Shown: positions 14,245 through 27,887, counted from the first letter of the stretch. The stretch: DNA of 64,000 nucleotides from Octopus vulgaris (GCA_951406725.2 OX597827.1:29884001-29948000), one strand, 5' to 3'. Numbers and translations: made by a program. The notes: generated by a model from the sequence alone, not told the origin.

Positions 14245-16146
14245 ATGATGTGGACAATTGTTCTGGGACCCCAGAAACGTACAGGAAATAATTTCCAAGC
14301 CTGGAACAATGATATCCCGGCACTGTATGGACTTCGCAAGGACCATAAAATAATTACTGACCCTATAGCAGGACCACCAACAAGACCAGTCTGTGGAGCG
14401 AATATCGCTAGCAATTACAGCATCTCCTACTTCCTCTCAATGATCATACGCCCTATAATCCGAATGTCACCTGATGTTTGTGACAGCACAGAAGATCTCC
14501 TCAGCAGGATCGATGACTGTAACAGCACTTGTGACCTGACAGGATGTATGGTGGGTAGCATGGATGTGGTATCCCTATACCCATCGATCGACGTAGATTT
14601 TGCGGTGGAGAAGTGCGTGGAGATGATCAATGAGAGCCAGGTGGAGTTCTGTAATGTCAACACAGAAGAACTGGGCCTCCTACTTAGACTGACATGTAAT
14701 ACTGAATACTTAGATAAACATAATCTTAGTAGTTTCTGCCCCAGTAGATGTTTAAGAGGTAGACCGCCCACAATTACTTCTATGACTAGGAAGACACATA
14801 TAGAAAGATGGCGCGGATGGACCAGAGCCATACGGAGCCCCGCAAATGTCCATCAGATAAAGAAAATGATCGCACATGCACTAGGAGCTAGTATAAGAAT
14901 TACCCTAAAAGGCCACACGTTTAAGTTTAATAATAAAATATATGCCCAGGACAAGGGGGCAGCCATCGGCGTTAGTATCGCTGGTGATGTGGCCAACCTT
15001 TTCATGGTATGGTGGGACAGAAGGCTTAAAGAACGCCTAACACAGAACTCCATACTCGTAAACATGTACTCTCGTTATGTTGATGATATCAACATAGTGG
15101 TAAAGGCACCCCCACAAGAGAGCAATGTTGATATAGTAATAGAAACTAATACTATGGAGAGCATCCAGCAAATAGCTAACTCCATCCACCAGAGTATTAA
15201 GGTCACAATAGACTACCCCACTAAACACCCCAACCATAGACTACCAGTACTAGACACCGAACTCTGGCTAGAAATTGTGAATAATAAAACCCAAATCCTT
15301 TATTCATACTATGCCAAACCTATGGCCTCAAAATACTTGATCCACCGGAACTCAGCCATTGCGGACAATGCCAAATTCAATATTTTGATGGCAGACCTCG
15401 TCAGAATAATGAGAAATGTGTCATGCATGTGCGAGCCCACAGAGTTAAAGAGACACATACAATATTTCATTCACCGCATGCAGTTCTCAGGTTACAGCCA
15501 TAAAGAAAGGATCAGAGTATACAATGGAGCCATTAAGAAATTTGATAATATATTATGTAATGATAGGAATGGTATTTGCCCACTCTATAGGAACAAGTCA
15601 TGGAACACTATAGAAAGGACAAAAAATAAAATAGGGAAGGTCAACTCTTGGTATGATAGCCATAAATACCAGAGTGTCATGTTCGTTGACACCACTCCTG
15701 GAGGTGAACTGGCGTATCGCTTTAGAAGGACCCTAGACAAACTTAAGCTAAGAATTAAGGTTGTTGAAAAGCCAGGCAACCCTATCAAATCTATAATTGG
15801 TAGAACCTATCCTTTTAGTAGAACCCCCTGTACAGATAGGTACTGTACTGTATGTAGATTTAGCCCACAAACAAACTGTAAAGCCAGAAATGTAGTCTAT
15901 AGTATAAGATGTATAGAGGGACGATGCAGTAAGAAGACAACGACATACGTAGGGGAAACGGCAAGAAGCATAGGAGAGCGGGTAAATGGGCATTGGAGAC
16001 AACTCAAAGAAGGTAAAAGCTCATCGATTCTGTACCAACACGCCGAACAAGAACATGGGGATCAATCAATAACAGAGAAATTAAAATATTATCCACACAT
16101 AGATCAGATGCAACAATTAGACAAATTACAGAAGCTACACACATAA
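14245..16146 (+). CDS. PLE reverse transcriptase with C-terminal GIY-YIG endonuclease (5'-truncated, probable frameshift near the C-terminus)
   Basis: LYGLRKDHK, TRPVC, GSMDVVSLYPSI, YAQDKGAAIG, YSRYVDD, LPVLD, CTDRYCTVC and VVYSIRC..YVGETARSIGERVNGH in one frame. Confidence 0.9.
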   Translation: MMWTIVLGPQKRTGNNFQAWNNDIPALYGLRKDHKIITDPIAGPPTRPVCGANIASNYSISYFLSMIIRPIIRMSPDVCDSTEDLLSRIDDCNSTCDLTGCMVGSMDVVSLYPSIDVDFAVEKCVEMINESQVEFCNVNTEELGLLLRLTCNTEYLDKHNLSSFCPSRCLRGRPPTITSMTRKTHIERWRGWTRAIRSPANVHQIKKMIAHALGASIRITLKGHTFKFNNKIYAQDKGAAIGVSIAGDVANLFMVWWDRRLKERLTQNSILVNMYSRYVDDINIVVKAPPQESNVDIVIETNTMESIQQIANSIHQSIKVTIDYPTKHPNHRLPVLDTELWLEIVNNKTQILYSYYAKPMASKYLIHRNSAIADNAKFNILMADLVRIMRNVSCMCEPTELKRHIQYFIHRMQFSGYSHKERIRVYNGAIKKFDNILCNDRNGICPLYRNKSWNTIERTKNKIGKVNSWYDSHKYQSVMFVDTTPGGELAYRFRRTLDKLKLRIKVVEKPGNPIKSIIGRTYPFSRTPCTDRYCTVCRFSPQTNCKARNVVYSIRCIEGRCSKKTTTYVGETARSIGERVNGHWRQLKEGKSSSILYQHAEQEHGDQSITEKLKYYPHIDQMQQLDKLQKLHT

Positions 16147-16263
16147 TAGAAAATAAACCTAGCCTGAATAGAAAACTAGAATGGAGCACTAACACACACC
16201 ACAACATATGACGATAGAGGATCATGAAAACATAATAAATACACAGATAAATAAATAAATAAC

Positions 16264-16326
<63 letters not shown>

Positions 16327-16729
16327 TTTCGATTCAATTTATTATTATTATTACTAGTATTGTTGTTATACATACATACATACATACATACATACATACA
16401 TACATACATACATACATACATACATACATACATACAAGCATATGTAATGATAATAATGGGTGGATGTAAACACATGAACAAAATAAGAATAAAAACAAAA
16501 AACAAAATACAAAATACAAAATACAAATTATATGAACATATAAAATTACAAATTACATGAACATATATAAACAGAAGATACAAATATTACAGGCATCCCC
16601 ACATACACACACTAAATAAACATAAACACACATAGAGATATAAGCATGCGCAAATGAAGACATACAATAGAAATACAAAATGGCTGACGGTTAGTAAGGA
16701 GAGACACAAATAAGTGAGAAGAAAACAAA

Positions 16730-16774
16730 GGACCACTGATGCGGTCACAGGAGTGTGACGAAAGAACTCTGGCC
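16730..16774 (+). ncRNA. Atypical hammerhead motif in the PLE2 pseudo-LTR
   Basis: GGACCA-CTGATGCG-GTCACA-ggag-TGTGAC-GAAA-GAACTC/TGGCC; the same motif occurs in 4 copies (12816, 16730, 53754, 54022). Confidence 0.65.
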
Positions 16775-16950
16775 GAAATAAGATTAAGATTAATGTAAAA
16801 AATAAATAACACTGAAGCAAAGTAACACCAAATATATAGTGCGTGTGCTTTTATTGGCTAAACTGGCAAAATGACCATTCCGAAATATAACAATATCTGT
16901 TTCAACACACGACTTCACATAAAAAATCTTGCACAACAAATATTTAAACG

Positions 16951-17035
<85 letters not shown>

Positions 17036-17039
17036 TGTG

Positions 17040-17073
<34 letters not shown>

Positions 17074-17730
17074 ATATATATATACACGTGTGTATGTATA
17101 TATATATATGTGTGTGTGTCTATACATATGTATACATACATATGTGTGTACCTGGATGCATATATATATATATATATATATACATATGTGTGTCTGTATA
17201 CATGTGTGTGTCTGTATACATAGATATATATCCATACACTTGTATGTGTCTGTATACACACATATATATGTATATCTTTATATATATACATATATAGGTG
17301 TGTGTAGATTGCATATATATATATAGAGAGAGAGAGAGGGGGGAGAGAGGGAGAGAGAGAGACATACATAATATGGTTCTTTGTTAAACAAACAATCATC
17401 AGGAACACAATACGTTCATACGCACAGTCGTGGCTGTACGGCTACAAAGCTTGATTAGCAATCCCGTAGTTACGAGTTCAATTCCCACTTGGGCAAGTGT
17501 CTTCTACTATATCCCCGGACAGCACTGTGTCTTATATGTGAATTGGTAGTGGAAACTGTGTCAAAGCCTGTCGTGTGCGTGTGTTTGTAAGTAGATACTG
17601 TGAAGATGTCGCTTAGTGGTTAGGATAATCGGTTCATGACTATAAGGTCCGGTGCTCGATTCGTGGCAGCACACACGCGAACACTCACATACACACACAC
17701 ACGCGAACACTCACATACACACACACACGC

Positions 17731-17805
<75 letters not shown>

Positions 17806-17894
17806 TTCTTTTATTGCTTTATTTGTTTCTGTCACTTGACTGCGGTCATGCTGAAACAAATAAAAGAACAAAAGAATATATAGCTATATATATA

Positions 17895-18276
17895 TCTCTC
17901 TCTATATAAACGGCAGTTTGTCTGTGTGTGTTTCTGTGTGTCTGTTTTCTCGTACCCTCACTCTGACCACGGCTTTCAACCGATTCTGATGAAACTTGAC
18001 ACACACATAGCCCAATGTCATAATTCAAAACTAACGCAGCGAAAATTTTGAAAAGTTCCCCCAGTTCTGAAAAAAATCGATAAATTCGACATGGGGTCGA
18101 GAATCAGAAACCCAAACCACAGACCGTCTAGGGGACGCAACTCCACCTTTTTTAACTCAAAAAAATTTACCATCATTTTTTTCCCATTTTTTTGCTATTT
18201 TTTGGCTATAACTCTCTAAAAATGCTTTATAGTTATTTCCCTTACAAACCTGAGCAACGCCGGGCGATACTGCTAG
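17895..18276 (+). mobile_element. Non-autonomous Helitron
   Basis: 5' TC, 3' CTAG preceded by GC-rich hairpin CCTGAGCAACGCCGGG, inserted between A and T of (TA)n with no TSD; near-identical copy at 24130-24514. Confidence 0.8.
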
Positions 18277-18461
18277 TATATATATATATATATAAAAGTT
18301 GAGTTGTGGGGTATCGCACGAGTGGGATTATATAAGAAAAAAGGTTTGAAAATGCAATTTAAACGATGTTTATTTACTTAAATGTAACTTTTGACAATCT
18401 TTTACCAAAGAGTGAAACCGGTTAAGTAAATAAACATCGTTTATTGCATTTTCAAACCTTT

Positions 18462-18504
<43 letters not shown>

Positions 18505-18931
18505 GGCGCAGGAGTGGCTGTGTGGTAAGTAGCTTGCTAACCAACCACATGGTTGCGGGTTCAGTCCCACTGCGTGGCATCTTGGGCAAGTGTCTTCTGC
18601 TATAGCCCCGGGCCGACCAATGCCTTGTGAGTGGATTTGGTAGACGGAAACTGAAAGAAGCCTGTCGTATATATGTATGTATATATATGTGTGTGTGTGT
18701 GTGTGTTTGTGTGTCTGTGTTTGTCCCCCTAGCATTGCTTGACAACCGATGCTGGTGTGTCTACGTCCCCCCCACTTAGCGGTTCGGCAAAAGAGACCGA
18801 TAGAATAAGTACTGGGCTTACAAAGAATAAGTTCCGGGGTCGATTTGATCGACTAAAGGCGGTGCTCCAGCATGGCCGCAGTCAAATGACTGAAACAAGT
18901 AAAAGAGTAAAAGAGTAAAAGAGTAAAAGAG
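18505..18931 (+). mobile_element. tRNA-derived SINE with CR1-type 3' tail
   Basis: A box TGGCTGTGTGG, B-box-like GGTTCAGTCCC, tail GGCGGTGCTCCAGCATGGCCGCAGTCAAATGACTGAAAC followed by (GTAAAAGA)n. Confidence 0.85.
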
Positions 18932-18965
<34 letters not shown>

Positions 18966-19066
18966 TTCTTTTATTGCTTTATTTGTTTCTGTGATTTGAC
19001 TGCGGCCATGCTGAAACAAATAAAAGAACAAAAGAATATATATCTATATATATATATATATATATG

Positions 19067-19142
<76 letters not shown>

Positions 19143-19145
<3 letters not shown>

Positions 19146-19350
19146 GAAGAACATCTGAAAAATGAAATACCTAGAAATGGATAATGTGGTACCGGTTTCA
19201 GATTCTTCAAAATACGTCTGCCAACATATATTTGATTTATCCTCATCAGCCACATATACCTCGACAATATTTCAAATGTTGCCACATCTATGCCAGTACA
19301 CTCGTCTGAACGCCAAAACGTTGACAGAACGAGAACAGTGAAGAAGTTTC
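19143..19350 (-). mobile_element. PLE pseudo-LTR fragment with canonical HHR (19184-19255)
   Basis: Reverse complement ATGTGG-CTGATGA-GGAT..ATCT-GAAA-CCGGTA/CCACAT; palindromic ACCGGT stem III; 3' end abuts (TA)n. Confidence 0.82.
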
Positions 19351-19354
19351 AATG

Positions 19355-20100
19355 AAAATAGTATCGACATGAGTTTTGATACCTCTTTCCAAGTGCACAT
19401 TACCAGGATGGTGACAAAGTTCAGACGACTGGGTGGGTGGATCCTAAGAACATTCAGAACCAGAGATAAGGAAACCATGATGGTCCTCTGGCGGACATTC
19501 GTCCTCAGTCGCCTGGATTACTGCTCACAGCTATGGTCACCCACCAGTGTAAAATTAACAGCGGACCTTGAAGCAATCCAGAGAAGATTCACAGAGAGAA
19601 TCGTCTCTTTGCAACAGCTCAGCTACTGGGAAAGATTGAAACAGCTAAGACTCTACTCCCTGGATAGAAGACGGGAGAGGTAATATATGTCTGGAAGATC
19701 CTGGAAGGAATTGTACCAAATTTTGGCATTGTAAGCTACACCAATGCTATAACGGGACGACACTGCATAGTGCCAAAGATCCCAGCAATGCCATCACGCT
19801 TCAGGACCAGCTTCTGCAACAGCCTGGGCTTCAAGAGCCCACAGCTTTTTAATATTCTTCCAAAGAGTCTGGGGAACTTGCACAAAGTAGATGTAGCGGT
19901 TTTTAAATCAAAGCTGGACATCTTCCTGTCGAGAGTCCCAGATGAACCTACCTCACGGCAAGAGGTGCGAATGAGAGTAGCTATATCAAACTCCATTCTT
20001 CACCAAGTGCCACATATTAGACGAGGTTCTTCGCAATAACAGTGTAGCACAAAACGGCGGTGCATCAGCATGACCGCAGCTCTGAGCTGAAACTAGAAAA
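19355..20100 (+). mobile_element. CR1-group LINE 3' fragment
   Basis: [35 protein letters not shown] and the conserved 3' tail. Confidence 0.9.
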
Positions 20101-20148
20101 AAATATATATATATACACACATACATACGTATATATATATATACACAA

Positions 20149-20215
<67 letters not shown>

Positions 20216-20217
<2 letters not shown>

Positions 20218-20901
20218 AATTAAGTACTGAACACGAAAAAGTGGACAGTCAACATGCTAGATATAGACGTCAAATCGCCATTCTCCACAAAAGATTATGT
20301 TCTCAGATCAAACTCAACACCAACCCAAGCAATAAACAAGTGAAAATATACGAAAAACAATACTCATCCATGTACTGAATCAGTTTCTACTATTATTATC
20401 CGTAAGGATACCCGTAGTCTTCGTCAGCATGGCCGATATGAATGCAATCTGCTGAACTAGATGCAAAAACGATACCGGAGTTTCATCATGTGCGTAGAGT
20501 TCAACCAATTACATTCGAATGTGTATTTCAAATGCCTTCCACCTTGGCGCGTTGAGACCCGAAGAAAATAGCCTGCAGCTAATAATTAGCAGCAGTCAAT
20601 TTATCGGTTAGAGAACATATTTATTTTTTATAAAATTAATTAAGGGTAGAAATCAATATTTATCAATTAAAACCAGTGGTCTAGCATATTAAAAAAATCC
20701 GAAGATTAAATATTTATATATACCAATTAAGGACTGAACACGAAAAAGTGGACAGTCAACATGCTGTCTATATCTAGCATGTTGACTGTCCACTTTTTCG
20801 TGTTCAGTCCTTAATTGGTATATATAAATATTTAATCTTCGGATTTTTTTAATATGCTAGACCACTGGTTTTAATTGATAAATATTGATTTCTACCCTTA
20901 A

Positions 20902-20907
<6 letters not shown>
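20216..20907 (-). mobile_element. HHR-bearing tandem/inverted PLE pseudo-LTR or retrozyme (period about 507 nt)
   Basis: Direct repeat at 20216 and 20723; palindrome 20634-20764 / 20765-20907; HHR 20368-20432 reverse complement CCATG-CTGACGA..GAAA-CTGATTCAGTA/CATGG. Confidence 0.78.
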
Positions 20908-20967
<60 letters not shown>

Positions 20968-21277
20968 TACATATATATATATACATATATTTATATGTAT
21001 ATGCATATGTTCATATATATATATATGCATATGTACATATATAAATATGCATATGCACACACACACACATACACATATATGCTGAGACCCCCTTCGGCCA
21101 TGAGTGACCATGGGATTGTACCTAGAAAGTTACTCTCCCAGGCACAGGTCCGGGCAAGGTTGTTTATGGAAAACCAGCAGTCACCCATACATACCGGCCT
21201 CCCCTCTCCTTGCCACCAGTGTTAGCCAATGGAAAGGCAAAGGTCGATACATCTTGGCACCCGTGACGTCGCAACTC

Positions 21278-21479
<202 letters not shown>

Positions 21480-22177
21480 ACGTAACGCGTAAATATGTAC
21501 CGTGCTTTCGCTGTTTTAGCTGTGTATGTAATCGCAAACAGCCTCTCAATTCTGCTGTTCTTTGACATAACGTCACATCCAAGTTGTGATACCTGGCGGG
21601 GGCGGGTAGCTGCAGCGGCATTAGGTTGGAACTTACTTTCAGCTGAGCTTGTTAAAAGGCTCAACACGCCGCCCGTTTCAGGAATTTGATACACGACGTT
21701 ATGAACGCGAGTTGAACCCCCAGTCATTCAAAACCAACCATTCTGATGCTTAGAATCGATTATCTAATTGATCTTTGATTAAGAGTGTAGAGTCTGAACT
21801 GAGGAACTGAAGGTTAAGTTATTAATATTTCTAGTAAGTCAGTTGACCGATTAGAGGTCATTTGAGTAAATGTGAGCAGTGTGAGTTATTTCGTGGGTGC
21901 AGTGTTAGTCAGTCTCCAATTCAAATAAAAGAAAGAGAACGCAATTTTTCGAATAAAAAGAAAAGGAAAGGTTTGCGACGTCTCCGCGTGGTTGCTTCCT
22001 ATTCTAGAAATAGTTCTCACATCTCATCCCAAATCAACCATTCTACTGTCTTAAAGATATCGAAAACAGTAGCACACACTAAATAATGTACTCCTACGTT
22101 TAACGTCTGGAAACGGAAAAGTATAAGGATGGTTGTGGGTATATGAAAGTTGCTCAACTAGAGCTGAATTGAGATTG

Positions 22178-22238
22178 AAGAAGAAGAAGAAGAAGAAGAA
22201 GAAGAAGAAGAAGAAGAAGAAGAAGAAGAAGAAGAAGA
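22178..22238. repeat. (AAG)n microsatellite
   Basis: Direct observation. Confidence 0.95.
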
Positions 22239-22477
22239 AACAAATGATACTAAATATTTTGCAGCAGACATCTGTCTATGAGGGCTGGCTGTTTCCCATT
22301 TGCGTTGAATACCGCCCGTTAACTGAAACCTCCCTGATCAGTCTTTTGTTGCAAGGGAGCTTTTTTTTCCCCCTTTGTTCTTCTTTTCTTTTTTGCACAG
22401 TTGTCATGCATTTAATTGTACACTTCATAACGAAAACCTTTTCACAAAGTCACCCTAGTGAAGCAAACTAGTAATAA

Positions 22478-22893
22478 TCCTTTCTACTAAAGGAACGAGG
22501 CCTGAAATATGGTGGGTGCGAGGGCGAGGGGACTAATCGATTACATCGATCCCAGTGTTTCGCAGGTAATTAATTTATTGACCTGGAAAGGATGAAAGGC
22601 AAAATCGACCTCGGCAAAAATTGAACTCAGAACGTAGCGACGGGCGAAATACCTATTTCTATTTCTTTATTACCCACAAGGGGCTAAACACAGAGAGGAC
22701 AAACAAGGACAGACAGACGGATTAAGTCGATTATATCGACCCCAGTGCGTAACTGGTACTTAATTTATCGACCCCGAAAGGATGAAAGGCAAAGTCGACC
22801 TCGACGGAATTTGAACTCAGAATGTAACGACAGATGAAATACGGCTGCGCATTTTGCCCGGCGTGCTAACGATTCTGCCAGCTCGCCGCCTTA
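22478..22893 (-). mobile_element. Two nested copies of a tRNA-like SINE (GGCGGCGAGCTGGCAGAATCG head)
   Basis: Same head and core (GAGTTCAAATTCCG..GGTCGACTTTGCCTTTCATCC) as the copies at 30146-30805 and 40430-40790. Confidence 0.8.
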
Positions 22894-23505
22894 AGCACAC
22901 CAGCAATAATGGTGATCATCATCATCATAATCAATGATCCCGATAGTGGTCGTCGTCGTCGTCGTGGTGCGGTTTTTTTTTTGTTTTGTTTTTTTCGTTG
23001 GGCACATGCGAGAAGATGCTGAAAAGCTCCTGGCTTTGAGTAAAAGAAACTACAGGAGAATCAGTTAATTACGATTTCAGAAATCACCACTACCGGGATC
23101 TTGATTATGAACATCATCATCATCATCATCATCATCATTATTACTGGTGTGCTTAAGGCGGCGAGACGGCTGAATCCAAGGCTCCATCATAGGAATTTAA
23201 ACACCAACGCCAGGGTATTTTTGTATGTATGTATGTATGTATGTATGTATGTATGTATGTATGTATTCATGTATGCAGGTATGTATGTATGTATGTATGC
23301 ATGTATGTATGTATGTATGTATGCATGCATGTATGTATATGTGCAGACTTGTATGTTTTGTTTTATGCATGTATGTATCCTAATGCATAGAGTTGCATAT
23401 CTAGACATGCTCATATATGCTTAAATGATAAACCTCTGGAAATTTTACAGATTTTTACATTTCCAGTAATGGATTGGATCTGTAGTCTTCGAGTTAGCTT
23501 TCTCC

Positions 23506-23538
<33 letters not shown>

Positions 23539-23775
23539 TGTATGTATGTATGTATGTATGTATGTATGTATGTATGTATGTATGTATGTATGTATATGTG
23601 GAACAAATTATGCTTATGTGGATAAATATGCATATATGTGTGTTTATACGTATATATGTGTGTATATATGCACATAAATGTGTATCCTATAAAGATATAT
23701 AGACGGACACATCCATTTGCACACATATACACGCACACACGCATGCATACAAACGCGTGCATACACACGCACACA

Positions 23776-23807
<32 letters not shown>

Positions 23808-24129
23808 GTCATCTAACTTGTATCGACTGGCAGCAATCCGTAACTGGATTGGTTGACCCTAGACTGACCGTTGGTTGAAGAGGCTCTTCTGCCCAGACTG
23901 TATCATGTAGTTTCGCCGTCGAAATGAAGATCAATGCGCCCAGGTTCACATCCGCCATGCTGCTCTCCAATACTTCACCATGGCCCTGACTCGGGGATTC
24001 TTAGTAATTGAAGTTACCTTCTCTATATACCCACTGTTGGGTGGCCGTTGACTCTTACTAGTTCCTCCACCCTTTCACAGGTTTCGTTTTCCATGCACAC
24101 ATACATACATACATACATATATATATATA

Positions 24130-24513
24130 TCTCTCTCTATATAAACGGCAGTTTGTCTGTGCGTGTTTCTGTGTGTCTGTTTTCTCGTACCCTCACTCTG
24201 ACCACGGCTTTCAACCGATTCTGATGAAACTTGACACACACATAGCCCAATGTCATAATTCAAAACTAACGCAGCGAAAATTTTGAAAAGTTCCCCCAGT
24301 TCTGAAAAAAATCGATAAATTCGACATGGGGTCGAGAATTAGAAACCCAAACCACAGACCGTCTAGGGGACGCAACTCTACCTTTTTTAACTCTCAAAAA
24401 AAATTTACCATCATTTGTTTTCCATTTTTTTGCTATTTTTTGGCTATAACTCTCTAAAAATGCTTTATAGTTATTTCCCTTACAAACCTGAGCAACGCCG
24501 GGCGATACTGCTA

Positions 24514-24514
<1 letters not shown>
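24130..24514 (+). mobile_element. Non-autonomous Helitron, second copy
   Basis: Near-identical to 17895-18276; TC...hairpin-CTAG ends within (TA)n. Confidence 0.8.
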
Positions 24515-24552
<38 letters not shown>

Positions 24553-25307
24553 CACACATACATACATGCTGGCAGAAAGGCCACCCTGCGGGCAGTTTTC
24601 TGCTAACCACTTGATAATATTTTCACATTTGATTTCCAATTCTAATAATTTTTATGACATTTTACGTCTAATCATTTCTTTGTATAATAGTGCTCACTTG
24701 CTTGGTAAATATTGCTTTCCTTATTTTATCATAGTCATAATCTCTCTTTTTCAAAACAAACACCAAGGTATTCCAACTACGGAGGGGAAAGCAAGTTTTG
24801 CCTTGTCAAGTTTTACCATCCCCTTGAAACAACATAGAGATTTCAATTCAACAGCCCATCTGTAAGCTTTGCAGTATGAACAAACATTGTCAAGGAAACT
24901 CCATGCATTATGTGGTTGTACAATAGGCAGAACGGCCTGTTCTTGGAAATTATCGAAACTGGCTTTCATTGCTAATCCATTAATAGAATTCTTCCCAGTT
25001 TGAAAATTTTTCATTTGTACACCTGCTGTAAATATTCGGTTTCGTCTCTCAGCACTGGCGTTTCTCTTTGTATCACACTGAAGTTTGGAAGGCTTCCCAT
25101 TTCATACTGATTATCAATAGGCAGTTGAACAGTCACAGATGGTAGAAGCTGACACAGTGTCTTACTTTGAAGTAGAATATTCTCCTCTCGAGATACCCTA
25201 ACCCAGTGGTTTCCAACCAGGGTTCCGCCAGTACAGTCCAGGGGTTCCGCAAGAAGTTACATAAATGCTAAACTCGACAGTAAATTTTAATTCTCCTGTG
25301 CAGATAT

Positions 25308-25495
25308 TGTGTGTACATGTTAGGCCTACGTGTATATCTACGAGTTGCACGCCAGCGTAGATGACCCTGATCCTTGGTGTGTATGTGTAGGCCTACGACG
25401 TGTACAACTACGAGTTACTCGCCAGCGTAGATGACCCTGATCCTTGGTGTGTACATGTACGTGCACATCTACGAGTTGCATGCCAGCTTAGATGA
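25308..25495 (+). repeat. About 3 tandem copies of a ~60-70-bp unit in the hAT 5' region
   Basis: CTACGAGTTGCACGCCAGCGTAGATGACCCTGATCCTTGGTGTG recurs. Confidence 0.8.
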
Positions 25496-26032
25496 TGGTT
25501 TAGTTTTCTTTTGTAAAATACGAGTGACTATATTTGGAAGAAACATTTTAACTGCGTAAGCCATTTATTTAGGTGTTGTTGTTAATACGCCTTTTAAAAT
25601 ATCTTTAGCTTTTTAAAAGGTGTTTTTGTAAAATATTTTTCTTGTATGACTTCTATTAATATATGGTCAAATGTTAAGATTAAAAAATCCGGAAGAGAGT
25701 TGAATTACATATGTAGAAAAAAAATAAGAAATAGGGAAACTGATACTAAATTATAAGATATGTAAATATGCATAAATATTAATTCCTTACAAATTTCTAA
25801 ATTAGAACAATGAACAAATAAATGACATTTTAAATTCAAATCCGAAAATATATTTTAATTATTATATGCATATTGTTTAAATATAATGAAATACCTAGTA
25901 CTAAAAAAAAACATTAATAAAAAAGCTAAATTTTACATCATTTAACTCGCTACACTTTAAAGATCATTTCGTCCTGCCACTATTAGGTTTGCTTTCATAT
26001 ATATATACAATTCTGCTTACAGCCTTACAAGT

Positions 26033-27887
26033 ATGGATAGATTTCTGAAAAAAACGTAAGTTAGATACAGATGAAGAGACGCAGGGTCTGAGGCAGTCTG
26101 TTGAAGCTGCAGCCACTGCCAGTGATGCTGCCTCGTCGAAATTACCAAGAAATGATGGAATTAACCTGCAACTAAAAGTTCGTCAATATTGTGAAAACTA
26201 CATAGCTCTGGGAATGGAAACCCAGACTGCTCTTCACCTTTGTGTACTGTTTCTGGGGAGAAGCTGGCTAATAGTACTATAGCACCAGCCAAGCTGAAAC
26301 GACACTTAACAACTAAACATCCAGAGTTGTCAGGCAAAAAAGAACAATATTTTAAAAGAGAATTGGCATTTAATAAAAGGCAAGTTTGCCAAAAAGTTCA
26401 AGTTGAGTGACAAAGGACAAGAAGCAAGTTATGCTGTGGCGGAGATAGTTGCAAGAAAAATGAAATCTCATACCATCGCTGAAACTGTAATTTTACCTGC
26501 ATGCCAGGAAATAGTGAGGATAATGTTTGGAGAGGATGCTGTATCAGATCTAAATAAAATTCCATTTTCTGACAACATAATAAGTAGGCGCATTCAAGAC
26601 ATGTCAGGAGACATTGAGTGCAATATTAAGTCAAAAATACTGAAACATAAGTTGTTTGCACTTCAAGTTGATGAGAGTACAGACATCACTGGTAAATCAC
26701 AGCTCCTTGTATTCGTTCGTTTTATTAATGATGAAACTATTGTAGAAGACGTCCTGTATTGCAAAGAGTTGCCAGAAACAAGAAAAGGACAAGATGTATT
26801 TGATGTTTTAAATTCATATTTAGAGTATTGTGGATTGAACTGGAAAAACTGTGTTGGTATTTGTACAGATGGTGCCCCTGCAATGACAGGATGTCTTAAA
26901 GGCTTTGTCCCAACCGCACAAAAACAAAATTCAAATGTTTCATTCATAGAGAAGCACTAGTTGCTAAAACTTTTGGACCTGAACAAAAATCTGTATTGGG
27001 TATGGTAGTGAAAATAAATAATTACTTCAAAATGAGGCCACTTAAATGTCGACAGTTTGCGAAACTTTGTGTGGGTATGGAAGCAGACCATTTCACCTTA
27101 ATCCAGCACACAGAAATACGATGGTTGTCAAGGGGAAAAGTATTGTCTCGTTTTTACGAATTAAGAGAAGACCTTTTGACCTTTTGTTTGCAAGAAAACC
27201 TGAAAGACTTTGTAAAATGTTTGAGTGATGACCATCGGTGTTCCAAGTTAGCATATTTTGCCGATATATTTCATGAGCTAAGCCTCTTGAACAATGGCAT
27301 GCAGGGCATGAACGAAAATATATTGTCTTCTACTGACAAAATAAATGCTTTTCAGAAGAAATTGACAATATGGAAGAAACACATAGCTGCAGGAAATTTG
27401 GAAATGTTTCTAAGTGTTTTTAAAAGGAATTGTCAAGAAACTTCGTTACTGATTTTGAACCATTTGCACACTTTGTTAACAAATCTTGACAAATATTTTC
27501 CATCGATATCTGTTGACCAGTATGACTGGATTAGAAACTCATTTGTGGAATTTGAGCCATTTGAAGAACAGTTCACATTATCAGAAGAAGAAGAACTTGC
27601 TAGTGTTTTAAATGACAGAACTTTAAAGTTGAAGCATTCTGAGCTTCACCTGAATGCATTTTGGTTGCTGGTTGAAAAGGAATATCCTGCAAACGCCCAG
27701 AAAGCGCTGCGACTTCTTGTGCAGTTTTCAACCACCTACTTCTGTGAATTTGGATTTTCAACTCTGACAGCCATCAAGCACAAGAAGCGAGCACAATTGC
27801 TGTCTGTGGAAGATGAACTTCGTGTGTGTCTATCGACCCAATCTTAGGGAGTTGTGCAAGAAACACCAGGCTCAAGTTTCTCATTGA
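26033..27887 (+). pseudogene. hAT transposase (ZBED5/SCAND3/Buster-like), frameshifted
   Basis: BED remnant [51 protein letters not shown]-terminal QAQVSH. Confidence 0.92.

Larger units (their letters stand above)
12697..16950 (+). mobile_element. Penelope-like element 2 with inverted and direct pseudo-LTR copies
   Basis: ORF 14245-16146; 3' region 16240-16895 recurs inverted at 12697-13310 and partly direct at 13490-13560 and 14135-14245; HHR variants at 12816-12860 (-) and 16730-16774 (+). Confidence 0.88.

Noticed and set aside
17985-18000. CTGATGAAAC in the small Helitrons (also at about 24221) resembling an HHR core
   Set aside because: No stem II between CUGAUGA and GAAA and no stems I or III
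21494-21556. Minus-strand TTGAGAG-GCTGTTT..AAACAGC-GAAA hammerhead-like motif next to (TA)n
   Set aside because: Stem II is good but stems I and III do not pair; at most a decayed copy, so not counted
25308-25495. Repeat array superficially like CRISPR
   Set aside because: Tandem units with no unique spacers, inside a eukaryotic hAT element, and no cas genes
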